Positions 13,090 through 27,780 of a DNA stretch of 34,629 bases are shown here, one piece after another; the first letter of the stretch is position 1; every line of letters starts with the position of its first letter. The DNA is taken from NCBI GenBank assembly GCA_964016885.1, contig CAXHJY010000402.1, forward strand, positions 1-34,629, written 5' to 3'. The DNA is from Eledone cirrhosa (lineage: Eukaryota). Made by a program: the position numbers and the translations under genes. The notes under the pieces are model-generated. The model was not told where the DNA came from. It saw only the letters and a program-made list of their open reading frames with translations, and did not search any database.

Positions 13090-13355
13090 CCCTCACTAAT
13101 TGTTAGGATGCTTACCGTAGGATCGTAATGCCATTGGTTCAATGCTTGGACACGCTACTGGATTGTACTTTTCAGCAAAACACTCTTTCCTGCTGCTCCA
13201 CTACATTCATTTAAGATGAGTACCAGCTTTAACTGGGTAGTTAATACTCCGATAGACTGGCGTCCTATCCAGTCTTGTACTCTCAGTCGCTTAACGCAAA
13301 GTATATCGGGGATAAGAAACGGTCTGGCGTGTCTTTGGCTTACAAATCGACTTTA
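13090..13355 (+). mobile_element. Old tRNA-derived SINE with Meta/V-domain-like core
   Basis: Degenerate B box ggttcaatgc (13136-13145), agcaaaacact, atgagtaccagc and gatagactggcgtcctatccag (13251-13272), similar to conserved metazoan SINE central domains. Confidence 0.55.
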
Positions 13356-13905
13356 GCTGTATATTAGGAACTATTTTGAAGAAGGATCACTTTATTTAAG
13401 TGGATAGAGTCGGGTTCGATGGAACGTATCCAGCGCCTTACATTGATTTCACTCTATATATAGCGAATAGCATCAAACAGAGATCGAGCAGGCAGAACCC
13501 CACCTCTCTGTTTCTCTTTCTCTCGCACTTTCTCTGTCTTACGGGTTCTGTAATAAGCTGGATTATGACAGATTTCGAATGTATGAATGACAAAGTGAGG
13601 TATGAATTATTTATTGTCTTACGTCAGAGACATTGTTAATATGTGAGGTATAAGATATTTATGGAGGAAGTAATAAGCGGCGAGATATCGGGGCTCCACA
13701 CACAACCACACATTCTCACACACAGACGCATGCCGTACTGTACATCGGCCCGTCTACGAGGAGAGCTTTCTCTGCTTCGTTGAAACTTTCTTTCTTGCTT
13801 AAGTGAGGGTTACTGTAAGCGCCCCAGTTCTAGCTCCTAGAAATGTTTTCATACAGCAACAGAGACTATTTGTAGGGAGGATAGTGTAAGGATGGATCGG
13901 AGAAT

Positions 13906-13907
<2 letters not shown>

Positions 13908-13980
<73 letters not shown>
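13908..13980. repeat. (GA)n microsatellite
   Basis: Directly visible. Confidence 0.95.
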
Positions 13981-13985
<5 letters not shown>

Positions 13986-15450
13986 TCTCGAACCCTGAAT
14001 TCAACAAGTCCTATAGCTTTGGTTTCAGCTGGGTTTGAACGCAGAGAATCAAGGCATTGCATTCGCCTCTTTGATGTTGTTTCCTTTCACTATACCTGTT
14101 ACATAGACGCATAAAATGCCCGTTATGTGCTCGAATTGCGCTGTGATCAATTTGCCTTTCATCAAATGATGCCTTATAAAATATAGAACCAGTTATGTAT
14201 TTGGATCACTGGCCATCAACATTAAAAATAATTATTACCTTTTCTTTGTTTTGATGCTGTGTAAAGAAAAGGAGCGTGAGAGGGAGAATGAGAGTGTAGT
14301 ACAGTGAGCGAGAATGAGATACAAAGCAATCGAATTTGAAAGCATTCACTGGAGGTAACTTCTTAAATATATCAAGAGTTTTCTCCCATGTAACATACGT
14401 TCGTTGTAATTTCTTTTTATTTCCCTTCAGAAGGTTGTTATCTCCCTTATTCTTTTCACAATTATTGCTGCAGCTTTTAAAATTTTAGTTAAATCTTACA
14501 AGATAGGTTGTTTGATTTTTCATGAACCATTGATTGAAGCGAAGGATAATTTCGAATCAAGGGTTAAAAGTGTGATGATGTACGGTGTACAATTTCAATT
14601 TTAAGTTTAATTAGGATATATTCATATAGGGACAATATTATTTATAATCATAAACGACACTACTAGTTATCTGAAACAGAACACACGAGTTTTTAACTTG
14701 ATATAGAGACGGAAAAAAATACTGTTATGAAATGAATATTTAAACACAGAAATCAAACATATACACAAGAATTGACTGAAGGTTTGCAGGGAATGGGAGA
14801 CAGTGATTCGTGTAGTCAGGGCCCGATTTAATAGGGGTGGCACAAAGGGCCCAACCAAGATGCCGGAAGCTATTTATTTGTGCCTTCGGCTGGGCTTTTT
14901 AGTTGTAGAATTGTTTAATTTAATGCCTGTGTTTATAAGGTTTCAAATCCAGTTACTTGCGCCAAGCTATCATTGATATGTAAACATGAGGGGGAGAGGG
15001 GTTTCGCTGTGCCTTCTAATTTTGTGCGTATGAGCCCCCAAACATACATGTAATACATGCGTGTAATACAATAATATAAAGAGATACAGTTGGGATAAAG
15101 GGTTTTCAGTTCTGTCTGCTCGGACATTTAGACAACATACACCTCCGGCCTTGCAGGTTTAAGTCGCAGATGGAATAAACCAGAGAAGGTGACAACCGTT
15201 CACAGATTGCTTCCTGTTGTTATAATATCTGTAAATTTTGATAAGTCGTATTCATGTATTGATATGTTTAATAAGTGTCTCAATCAGCCAATCCAAGAAA
15301 AATGCGATTAATAGATAATTTTCTGAATATAAATGGTTGTTTAAAGCTTATCTTCACAAATGTTCTCATATGAAATCATGATTGGCGGTTTTTAGATTAA
15401 CAGAATCTATTCGTTACTGTATTTCTAATCGAAGATAAAAGTATAATAAT

Positions 15451-15560
15451 AATTGTTTCTACTTTTGGCACAAGGCCAGCAATTATCCAGTGCATTACTG
15501 GTACTTTATTTTATCGACCCCGTAAGGATGAAAGGCAAACCTCGGCGGGATTTGAACTCA
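15451..15560 (-). mobile_element. Same SINE family, 5'-truncated at the B box, with target-site duplication
   Basis: Direct repeat aaaagtataataataat at 15437-15453 and 15560-15576. Confidence 0.9.
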
Positions 15561-17329
15561 AAAGTATAATAATAATAATATAGAAGATGCAAGTTAAACG
15601 AAGACATGCAAATAACATGATTATATTTATTAAATTAACCAAAAATACTCGCATAATGGTTCTTGTTTTAAATGAATAGACGTTTTAAGGTATTTACATG
15701 ACATACGATTTTTTATTGTGGATTCTGTGAGGAAGGTCACCAAATAAGTATAGGTCCTAATTGGAGCCATAGTAGGAAGAAAGTAAAATAACTTCTGGTA
15801 TTCGTTCGTTCTTTACATTCCCTGTTCAAGTGAGATGTGTAGTTTAGCTCTAAACCGAACACCTATGAATACACTATATGCGTATATGTTTATAAATACA
15901 TAGGTGTACATGGGAATGTTTGGAAATATAGTGCAAATACATACACAAATATACGAGGTACCTTATAATTCTTTTCTCTGCTGTAAAATATTATTTCTTT
16001 GTCTCTCTTTCACTCCCTTTATCTCATTCTGCTTTCGCTTACACGTTCTCTGCTCATATTTATTGTAAGAATAAATTTACTGTTTAAACAATGTAAAATA
16101 CACTTTCGTACGCTTCTATAATATGTGTATGCTACTGTAATATTCACTGTCTAGGGGAAACAATCCTGTATGAAAAATCGGTATAAATATTGAGTTATTT
16201 CCCATTATAGCTCTTTGATTCTTGTAATCGATTCAATGATAGAAATCTGTCGAACATGTATAAAAAAATGTTTCTATATATTTTCAGTTAAAATCGATAC
16301 ATCGAGCTTGCCTATCCATCAATGGATGAATATAATAATCAGTAAATTTCTAAAACCAGTGTAAGTCAAATATTTAATTTATTTAAAATAAATAAAATAA
16401 ATAGACATTTTCTTAAAAGACAGTGTAATATACCTTATAAGACTCGTCAGTAGTATATTGCTGGTGCTGTTTTTTCTTCTTTCTTTTATTATCTATTATT
16501 TATTTTCTGTCCCACTCCTTTTTGGGGGTCGTGATCTTACTGAACATGAAATATAAAATAGAGTAAAGTGAAGAGCAGTGCCCAAGATAAATCTCTGCGC
16601 TTGTAAGAATGGTATAAATGAAGGAAGGAGAGGGAGAGAAGGAGGTATATTGAAACCAGAAATCTTGCTAAAATATCTCCACTAGAGAGGACATAATTAT
16701 GACATCCACGAACCAGTTGGTGGTGTTAAACAGATAAAACTACTTCATAAATATTTGACAAGTTTTTATTCAACAAGCGGTGTGTCTATAATTCTATAAG
16801 GTTTATGACCTACAGAAGAAATAAGACAATCAATAAATAATCGGAAGAAAATAAGAATATAAATGAGAGGGTATATATACCTGAATTATACGATACAACA
16901 GTTAATGGGTTTGTTGCTTTTCAAAAACGTTTGAAGCAATCCAAGACATTCACGGCTTTACCACGTGAGTTAGGTTGCAGCATTAATGGAGAGAAGACAC
17001 CTGACGAGCTGTACATGATATTTTAATCACAAAACCATGAACTGAACGGTCTTATAGTGAAATTAACGTGCATGCACCTCGGTATGTAACATCCTGTAAT
17101 CTTATGGTATCGAATGATATCAAATTCGGGACCCCATGAACCATTCGGCCATGCTGCAGCCACGTACAGGAAATCTATTGACTACAAGAAAAGGATACAT
17201 TCATCAGGTAGAACCAATGAACCAATTTTCCCGTTGGTTTTCCATTGCTGATACAACCTGTCTATAACTCCTGATAGAATGACCAACGAGAAATAAATTA
17301 TTTTCTTCATGACTATAACGTGCTAGCCC

Positions 17330-17392
17330 TGTTCAAGAAATCGAACCCAGGACTATATAATCATCAGTCCTTCACAGCATTACTACGCCACC
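17330..17392 (-). mobile_element. Degenerate tRNA-like SINE head
   Basis: Minus strand A-box-like GGTGGCGTAGT and B box GGGTTCGATTTC at tRNA-like spacing. No convincing cloverleaf. Confidence 0.4.
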
Positions 17393-19939
17393 TAATGACT
17401 AATAAATAAATGATTCGTTAGCACACATTTCTGAATTTATTACTATCCCGTTTGTTCCGGTTTCTTTTATCTACACGAACTCTTAATTAATCTTTTGTGA
17501 TGTTACCAATAAAATCAGGTTGTAGACCATGTACTTTTATCTAAACTTTGTAGATGAAATATAGATTTCCATATTGGTCAGCAAACTCGTTGCTTATGTT
17601 TAATCATTGCTATCGACTCGTTGTTTTGATTGATTTTAAATACTTCTATCGATATCCAATACTTTCTGAAGTATGTCGTAGTTTTAATATTGTTATGAAC
17701 ACAGATATATGAGAGAAAAGGAGATTAAATATCGAAATACAATAGACTTCAGTAATATGCCGCCCACCCGCACACACAAACACATACGTATTCAGGCAAA
17801 CCCATATACACCCAATTACATGCAGATGAACATGCACACATACATATATGTACGTGGTTTCTCAGCGTTATAGAATTTCTGTACAAAAAAATCCTTTGGA
17901 TGCTTGCTCTCATACATCACTAATCAGTTATCTAACGCGCTTGAAAATCCTAGCCGCCAAAAAACATACTGCTTTTGAAAACCACTGTGAATTCAAATAT
18001 GTGACCTACGCAAAATAATTCAATATTTTTATGTTTGAAATTGCTTCTACATTGTATTAATCATATTATAAACATGCTTCACGTTTATCCACGACACAGG
18101 TCTTTCTTTACGTTAAGACATGTTTCCCTATTTAAATTAGTTACATATATTCTTACCATATTCCACTTATAGTTAGAACACTATCCGTTTTCGCAGGGCC
18201 CACGACTGCAGTTCCACCAAGGAGACGAGCTGGAGAGAAACGCCTCTATCGAAAGTCGACTAGCTTTTTCCCCAACTATGGTATGTCCCGTTTTCGAGAA
18301 TAAGATATTACTTTGCACTTCACACGACAGAACCGAAGAAAAGCGTCAACTGTTTAGTGAACATCACGTCCCAAGTTTTAAAATCTGTGCTTCTCTTGTC
18401 CATGATCTTGCTCAGTAGTGCCATTATCCTCTATCTAACATAACTGGACATACTCCCAAACTGATTCCAGTTGCGATTGATGTTTTTTAAGAGAAGGGAG
18501 AGCATGTCTCATATATGTCTATAAAGCTCACGAAGCAGACTAAATTTAACAAGAAATCTGTCTTCACCTGCCAACCAAATTTAAGTTGCAATGACTGAGT
18601 TTTAGCAGCACACCCCAATCATATATCAAAATGCGACAGAAAATCTTCAGATATTTTTCAGTAATTGAGTTCCACGATCCCATATTCAGAAATTTAGCTT
18701 TATTTCTATATCATGTATGTGCTACCCGTGCCAGCTGAACAGCTATATCTCCCTTGAAGGAACTATGGATAAAATTATTACAATCCAATTAGTTTGCATG
18801 TTTTGAGAATAGAACAAAAACACTAAAAAAAAACCAAACATCGATTAAAAGATCTGTGTTGCCTTGGATATACAATGTGATTATTTTTTTGGTGGGGAGG
18901 CGTGCATCCTTGAGTAGATTTAAGCACTCGGGAGATGAATCACTTAATGCAAATTAAGACATGTATGAATATGCTGTAATCTCATTTACTCCTTTCTAAA
19001 AATATGTAGTTCTGGGGCTGTAGAGAAAATAATCGATATTAATTGACATTGACGATTGTATACATAACAAAAAAATTCCATAATCGGTAAAATAAAACTA
19101 CAGCACCTCACAGTGTAATTATCTCGGCCTACCATATGACAAATTCACATGTTAATTTGTGAAAAAAGCTCTTATTAAAAATGTTTGAAAAAGTAAATGC
19201 AAACGAACAAATTATGAATCTTAAAAGCAACAGAGCCATTACTAATCACGAAGTGAAATTCTGGCAGTAGGGGCGTGGAAAAACACTGCATTAAGCGTTT
19301 ATATCATTAATGGAAAACTCTAGGGACCAGCAGAATCTCAACGTCCAGTTGATAATAACTCTTTATTTGTTTCATTTAAATCACAATCTCATATTTACAC
19401 TAAACTAACAAAGTTTCTTTTTTATCATTTATATTTTTCTCTATTATTATGTTGTTATAATGAAATACGTGATTTTTCTTTTTTAGTTTTGCTTGTTTAT
19501 CCTCTTTACCTTGGTGATTCATCAATTGTGTCATTCGGCATCTGCTAGGTCCAGATTGAGTATGGATCTACTTATCGATCGCTGGAGTGCAAAATATAGT
19601 TTCAAGTGAATTGGATACACGAAGCTGTTACATTCGACATTTAAAGCGATTTTGTGTCTGTTAGGGCAATCAATGTCATGCTTTGGTAATAGACCTAAAG
19701 TGAACACTCAAGTTCCCACTCATGAACATATAATATATTTACACAGTCTTGTCATTTAACCTGCAGCAATTGATTAAATATTAACAGTATATTTGATTGA
19801 AATAATAAACTCCCATCGCTTATACGTAAATATTAGCCTATCGTTGAAGGGAAAAGCAATCAATAAATGTATTAAAATGTGACATATGTATCTAAATGAC
19901 CGCACGTGTTAAAACATGTGTGTATATATATATACATAC

Positions 19940-19992
<53 letters not shown>

Positions 19993-20025
19993 ATATGGGT
20001 AGACATATGGGCTTGTGTAAATGCA

Positions 20026-20066
<41 letters not shown>

Positions 20067-20070
<4 letters not shown>

Positions 20071-20327
20071 AAACACAAAGCAGATTCTGCTTAGAAGCGT
20101 CTCATGAATTTGAAAATTAGGCAGTATCATGCGCTTGTGCCGTATTTGACTAAATAAAATTAGTCTGTTAGTTGGGCTTTTAGAAAAAGTCCGGCTCAAT
20201 GGTCCAGCTAACCAAAGATGTGTGTTCGTGTCCCATGTTCGTGTCCCAAGGTCTTTTTTTAAATCCCAACTAATAGACTATTTAGTCTATTTAGTCAAAT
20301 ACGGCGTAAGCACATGTTACTACCTAA

Positions 20328-20330
<3 letters not shown>
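20067..20330. mobile_element. TA-flanked foldback insert: tail plus ~75-bp imperfect inverted arms
   Basis: 20115-20189 is inverted relative to 20253-20329 (e.g. gccgtatttgactaaata / tatttagtcaaatacggc). The spacer holds a 13-bp tandem duplication tgttcgtgtccca. Confidence 0.55.
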
Positions 20331-20380
<50 letters not shown>

Positions 20381-20382
20381 GT

Positions 20383-20535
20383 GTTTATCCCACGTTCTAT
20401 CGGGGGTTACCACAGTAAATAAGTTACTCAATACATAGCAGAGTTTAAATGTTTAATACAGAAATGGCTTCTACACAGTAGAAATGTTTCATTGGAATGA
20501 AACCGTTCTAGTCCCGTAGAAGCCGTTTCTATATT
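20383..20535. mobile_element. TA-flanked foldback insert: tail plus ~80-bp imperfect palindrome
   Basis: aatacagaaatggcttctac (20455-20474) / gtagaagccgtttctatatt (20516-20535), with inner tagaaatgtttcatt / aatgaaaccgttcta. Homologous to the reverse complement of 6045-6147. Confidence 0.6.
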
Positions 20536-20561
20536 ATATATATATATATTATACAGATATA

Positions 20562-20628
<67 letters not shown>

Positions 20629-21079
20629 ATATGTGTGTGTATGTATTTTTTCCTCACTAGTCAATTCTTTCCTTGCTAAAGATCACGCAGCTGAATTACC
20701 GGACGCTATCTTCAATTTGCAAATCCCTTTAAACTGTATACTATTACACTGAGGTATATACCTTGTCGCGTGATTGGCTGCACTGCTGAAGGCATTCGTT
20801 AGGTTAGCTGCTGCTCGAACTTCGAACATGCTGTACTTTCATTTGTATATATATATATATATATATATATACATACATGTGAGTAGATAGATATGTCTGC
20901 ACTGGGATGGTGCAACTCGAGGGGGGAAATGGTACTCCAATAACTATATTTTTCTCGTCAAACTACCAGAACAAACATCTATTTATTTATGAGCTACAAT
21001 TTATGTACATGTTATGTAGAGAAAGGTAGAGTGAGTGTGTTGTATATCATATATAAAGAGGAGGAGAGGTTGGGGTTGC

Positions 21080-21360
21080 TTGACATAGAGAGACGAATTT
21101 GATGAGCGTACCGTGAACTAGATATACATAGGGGGAGAGTTTGGTAATAATTGATATAGAGATGGGGATTTAAAGAGAGTTCCATGTAGGAGATATGGAG
21201 AGGATGGCTGGAAGCGTGATATAGTGAGGAGTAGATTCTTGTGTTAATTCATATAGATGGGTAAATATTGATCTTTATTGATATATAGAGAGGGATTGGA
21301 AGATAGTTCCGTGTAGCGGACAGAGACATGGGAATAGTTGGGTTTGAATTGATATAGAGA
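21080..21360. repeat. Degenerate purine-rich minisatellite, ~62-71 bp period
   Basis: Anchor (t/g)tga(c/t)atag recurs at 21080, 21151, 21216, 21278 (variant ttgatatatag) and 21349. Units share gggatt..agttcc(a/g)tgtag. Confidence 0.55.
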
Positions 21361-21366
21361 GTTGTA

Positions 21367-21427
<61 letters not shown>

Positions 21428-22094
21428 GCATATATAATTACACACGCACACATATATTAATACCGGTTTTACACACGTCTATGATCGTATCAGCGCACGT
21501 TGTTTTTTCGGCTTACGTGCACATGAAAATCATTTTTGATAGCTACTACATGCAAATTTGCATCAGCATTTTTTTTTTACTAATCTCACAATCCAAAGCA
21601 GCGAAGATAACAGGTCTTTCAAGCAAATTTAAACTATATATTTTATTTTTTGAAATTACTGTTCACTTCATCTCTTATTAATGACAATTTCGTGCCACCT
21701 TCCGGTATGCTTTTCTTCAGAAATTAACGACATCTCTAATGTTTTATGGTCTGCCCCTAGCGAGTTAAGGCTTTAATGTTGATCCATAAAATTCCATTGA
21801 TTTCATCTCGTGTGTAATGTTTTTTTGTCAGAAGCATACACACGTATTTTCATTTTATTTAATTTGATGAATTTTTAGATCACTAAATGCGCGGATGTAT
21901 GTATTTTTGTATGTATATATGAATATATGTGCGTATGCATGTGTGTATTTATGTATGTATACATGTATGTATGAGTGTGTATGCACTTTTGTATATATGT
22001 ATATTTGTATGTATGTATATATGCATGTATGCATGCATACATGTATGTATACTTGTATGTATGCAAATATGTATGGTTTTATGGGCGTTTGTAT

Positions 22095-22131
<37 letters not shown>

Positions 22132-23014
22132 TCGAAGTTGCAGCTGCCATATAGCAGGTACTATATATACATATATACGTACAGGCATACATGCATATAC
22201 ATACGTCTCCGTATATGTATATGTATACGTGTGCGTACACGCACCTGCTGTTATGCAGTTATATGCACATATGTCTTTATATTGTATGCAATTTTTTAAA
22301 TTTTATTTGGAATTTCCCCACAAATTGCGATCATTTTCAAGTTTCACTGCCTTAAGACCTGAGCAACAGAGATATTTAAAAATTTATATTATGCAATATT
22401 CATATGAATGTAAAGATTTACACACTTGTAACTTGTATAAGAAAACATTAGGCCGGCATGATTAAATAAAGATGGGAGGAATTCGCGAAGAAATGCAAAG
22501 CTTTATACTCTACAGAAGGTAAAAAAAATAAAACTGGCTGCATGATAAAATGAATACGAGCGAAATTGATAGCCACGCAAAGCTTTATTTTTGAAGATCT
22601 TTGCAAAATATAGAAGAAAAATATAGGAATAAATAAGGAACGATAAAGGTATAAAAAAGATGCAATATGATGCGAAGGAATAATATGCAATAAATTATTA
22701 TAAAATACAAAACCAAAACAAAAATGAACGAAGATAGAACAACAAAAAATAACAAGGAGACAGATGCATAAAATACAGGCATGAATATTTGATAAACAAC
22801 GATGGAAGAAGTAACACTGCTCGCTCACCTAACATAATGAACTATTACAACACACCTTTGTAACTACAAAGAGTTTACCACTGGCAAATAACGCCAAAAA
22901 TAAAAAGGAATATAGTAATACCAAGAAAAACTTTTAAAACAAGGGGATTAAAAGCCTACTGTTACTACCAGTAAATTATATCCTCTGATATTTTTGTCAT
23001 AAAAAAAAACAACA

Positions 23015-23055
23015 TAATAATTATAATAATAAAAACAATAATAATAAGAAGAAGA

Positions 23056-23086
<31 letters not shown>

Positions 23087-23130
23087 TATTAATAATAATA
23101 ATGGTGATAATATTGGTGATAACAATAGCA
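23015..23130. repeat. (AAT)n-rich trinucleotide repeat
   Basis: Directly visible. Confidence 0.9.
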
Positions 23131-23616
23131 ATGAAAAGAGCAGCAGCAACATTTTATACAAATGGTAGAAAAAATATTTGATCGATATTTGACAAAATAA
23201 AATGTTTAAAAAAAGAAAAGAAATCAATACAAATTAAATACAACAATAGTCACAACTACAACGTCGTCAACAGCAATAATAATAATCGTGCAAAAATCAA
23301 TGGAAACGTAATTGTTGTATTTAAAATGTTAATACGACCAGGTTAAAATATTCCATTGGTGTTGTCAAATAATTACTTCTCGATAATCGATAAAAATACA
23401 ATCGAAGAGAGAGAAGAAAGAAGCAAAGTGTGAGGAAGAAAAGAAAAAGGTGAATAAAACAGAAAGTTGCATCAAATGAACAATATAACATGAAACATTT
23501 TTAAATAGAATATGGTAGCTTCTGCATATTTCTTTTAGAACTGTGTCTTTTGTTTGGTAATATGGATTATTGGTTAAAGTGGATTATTATTAAGCGGGAG
23601 CGTCCAGAGAATCCTG

Positions 23617-24315
<699 letters not shown>

Positions 24316-24360
24316 AAATTAAGCCATGGAGAAAAGGACCCGCGATGTTCCCCGTAATAT

Positions 24361-24540
24361 AATTGTTTATACTTTTAGCACAAGGCCAGTAATGACCCAA
24401 TGAATTACTGGTACTTTATGTTATCGACCCCGTAAGGATGAAAGGCAAAGTTAACCTCGACGGGATTTGAACTCAGACCGTAAAGGGGCGTAACTCTATG
24501 CTTCAAAGCATGGTGTCCGACTCTCTACCGATACTGCCGA
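24361..24540 (-). mobile_element. Same SINE family, near full length
   Basis: Colinear with 9384-9565, including atcgaccccgtaaggatgaaaggcaaag and gggatttgaactcag. Confidence 0.9.
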
Positions 24541-25604
24541 TCATAATGAACTCAAGGAACATGTTCCGGGCTCTTCAAAATATTAATGAGAGAATACATG
24601 AAAAGAACATGTTTTTTCATTAAAGGGTGTATGTTACCACCAGAATGAAAGATATACAAATATACATATGCAATCGAGTGTGACTTGGTAGTTTGTAATA
24701 TGTTTTCCCTAAAGGTTCAGGTTCCTATGCAGTAAGCAGCAGACATAGACCCTCATGAATCTCAATACTCTGATACAGTGGAATATCCAGGATGTCACAT
24801 TTGGAATGTATAAGGTGTGCGAAATCATTGGACTGTTAATTTCTTTATCGAAACTGAAAGGATGAAAAGCAACATGGTTACCCTAAACATATATACAACT
24901 TTCTAATAACCCTACCATATCAGCTTCTAAGCAGAATCTGCTTTGTGTTTCCGCATATATATAATCTTGGTATTACTAGTTGGACTTCTGAAGTTTCGAA
25001 AAAAAAACAGTCACATTTGTAGACAAAATGCTAGCGAATGTTAAAATTTGAAGACAGAGATGGGAATACTATACATATTTTACAATGTTTCCAGTGCTGA
25101 TACATTCTGCTGAAGGAATTACTGTCGAGATATACAACGAGAAATAAAGTCTTTTAGACTCGTAGACTCCATTTCAGGAATCGAATATACAAACATTTGA
25201 TCGTGAGCACAAACATATAACCAATAGGTAACTTGGTGCCAGAAAAGAAACTGAACTTTAATAAATGCTAAATGCAGCGAAGAATTACTTCCGAAAATTA
25301 AAAAATAAATAAATGATTACTAGGAGACATGAGCTGCTGCCTTATTAGAATAATCTCGATACATATATTAGATAAACCATTAGAAAATACACGCGGTACA
25401 AAATATATATAAATACAGTTTATGAAAATCTGAATTATTTTACAAGCGTTCCAGTGATTCTAGAGCGGCTGTTTATTATTATTATTATTGTTATTATTCA
25501 CGTGAGCTGACTGAATAATTGAAAGATAGAAGATAAAAATTTGAAGAAATTTTGAGAAAATTTTCAAAATAGATTATGGGTGTATCAATAATTGTCTATG
25601 TATG

Positions 25605-25668
<64 letters not shown>

Positions 25669-25754
25669 AGTGTGGGTGTGTATGTTTGTATATATATATA
25701 TGTATGTATGTATACATATTTGTGTATGTATGTATATCTATGTGTGTATGTATA

Positions 25755-25828
<74 letters not shown>

Positions 25829-25973
25829 TATCTATCTATCTATATAAAAATATATATACAGTAATGAGTGTAACCGAAGTTGCAGCTGCGAGTCGCATAT
25901 TCACATCCGATTTTCAGAGGCTGGTGCAAAGCACTCAATGAGAGAGTAGTGAATATATATATATATATATATA

Positions 25974-26125
25974 TATAAACTAATATATATGATGAAACAC
26001 AGAGCAATATATATACAGATGTGTTTTATCTGTGTTTCATCATATATATTAGTTTATACACGGCTCAGGGGTATTTTCCTCCTTCGAGCTAATTCCATTG
26101 TAAAATAATTCATTACACTTAATAA
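25974..26125. mobile_element. TA-flanked foldback insert: 30-bp perfect inverted arms plus ~65-bp tail
   Basis: tataaactaatatatatgatgaaacacaga (25974-26003) / tctgtgtttcatcatatatattagtttata (26029-26058), then a unique tail ending in (TA)n. Confidence 0.5.
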
Positions 26126-26193
26126 TATATATATATATATACACACAAAGATTAATGTATGTATAAAAGGAACTATCTTCTATTTTATTTCAG

Positions 26194-26246
26194 ATCTGTA
26201 TTCCATCCATACTTGGTATTGCAAGAGAAGAGTTGAACCCTGAAAC
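26194..26246 (+). other. Candidate 53-bp internal exon of an unidentified host gene
   Basis: Acceptor tcttctattttatttcag, donor AC|gtaagt. One open frame, ICIPSILGIAREELNPE. No partner exons identified. Confidence 0.25.
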
Positions 26247-26336
26247 GTAAGTCTATGCCCGTTGCTTTCATTAAACAGTGTCTACATTACAGGATATGTT
26301 TGAAGAATGCGAGACGTCATCTGACAGAAAGGTATA

Positions 26337-26377
26337 CAATGCTGACGGTAGCTAATAAGCTTGAAACTAGTACATCG
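26337..26377 (+). ncRNA. Degenerate minimal type I hammerhead ribozyme motif
   Basis: CAATG-CTGACGG-TAGC-TAATAA-GCTT-GAAA-CTAG-TA-CATCG: palindromic stem III ACTAGT, GUA triplet, stem II AGC/GCT. It has A9>G and single mismatches in stems I and II. Confidence 0.5.
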
Positions 26378-26767
26378 TTTCTGTGTCAGTGTTGAACAAA
26401 AGGGCGACGATGGTTGCCGAGTACTGTACGGCGTAATTCGGGATGTTTGTTTACAAACAAACCGAACATTATAATATATGTTCGGTAAACCTATACGTAA
26501 ATATATATACGTGTGTGCATGTATGTATATATATGCATATTAATGTGCGTCTGTACACATACATGAATGTACGTATACATACATATATATATATATCTGA
26601 CGAACGAATGAAGTCGTTTATTTCGTATTCGCCTCATTTGGGAAACATCTGGTAATGAGGTAATTATATTGTATTGATTTTTATACATTAAATTTTGCTC
26701 TGATACATACATAGAGCACTCTTCATTTCTATGACCTTTTCTGTTTCCAACGGAAATTTCAATACTT

Positions 26768-27780
<1,013 letters not shown>

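Noticed and set aside
14817-15152. Possible hAT-like MITE (cagggcccgattt ... ccggccttg)
   Set aside because: Weak terminal match and no 8-bp TSD.
17330-17392. Possible tRNA gene
   Set aside because: A and B boxes are present but there is no cloverleaf, so it is treated as a SINE head.
26218-26258. GAAA-CGTAAG-TC-TATGC hammerhead-like 3' half
   Set aside because: No CUGANGA-like core; better explained as a splice donor or chance.
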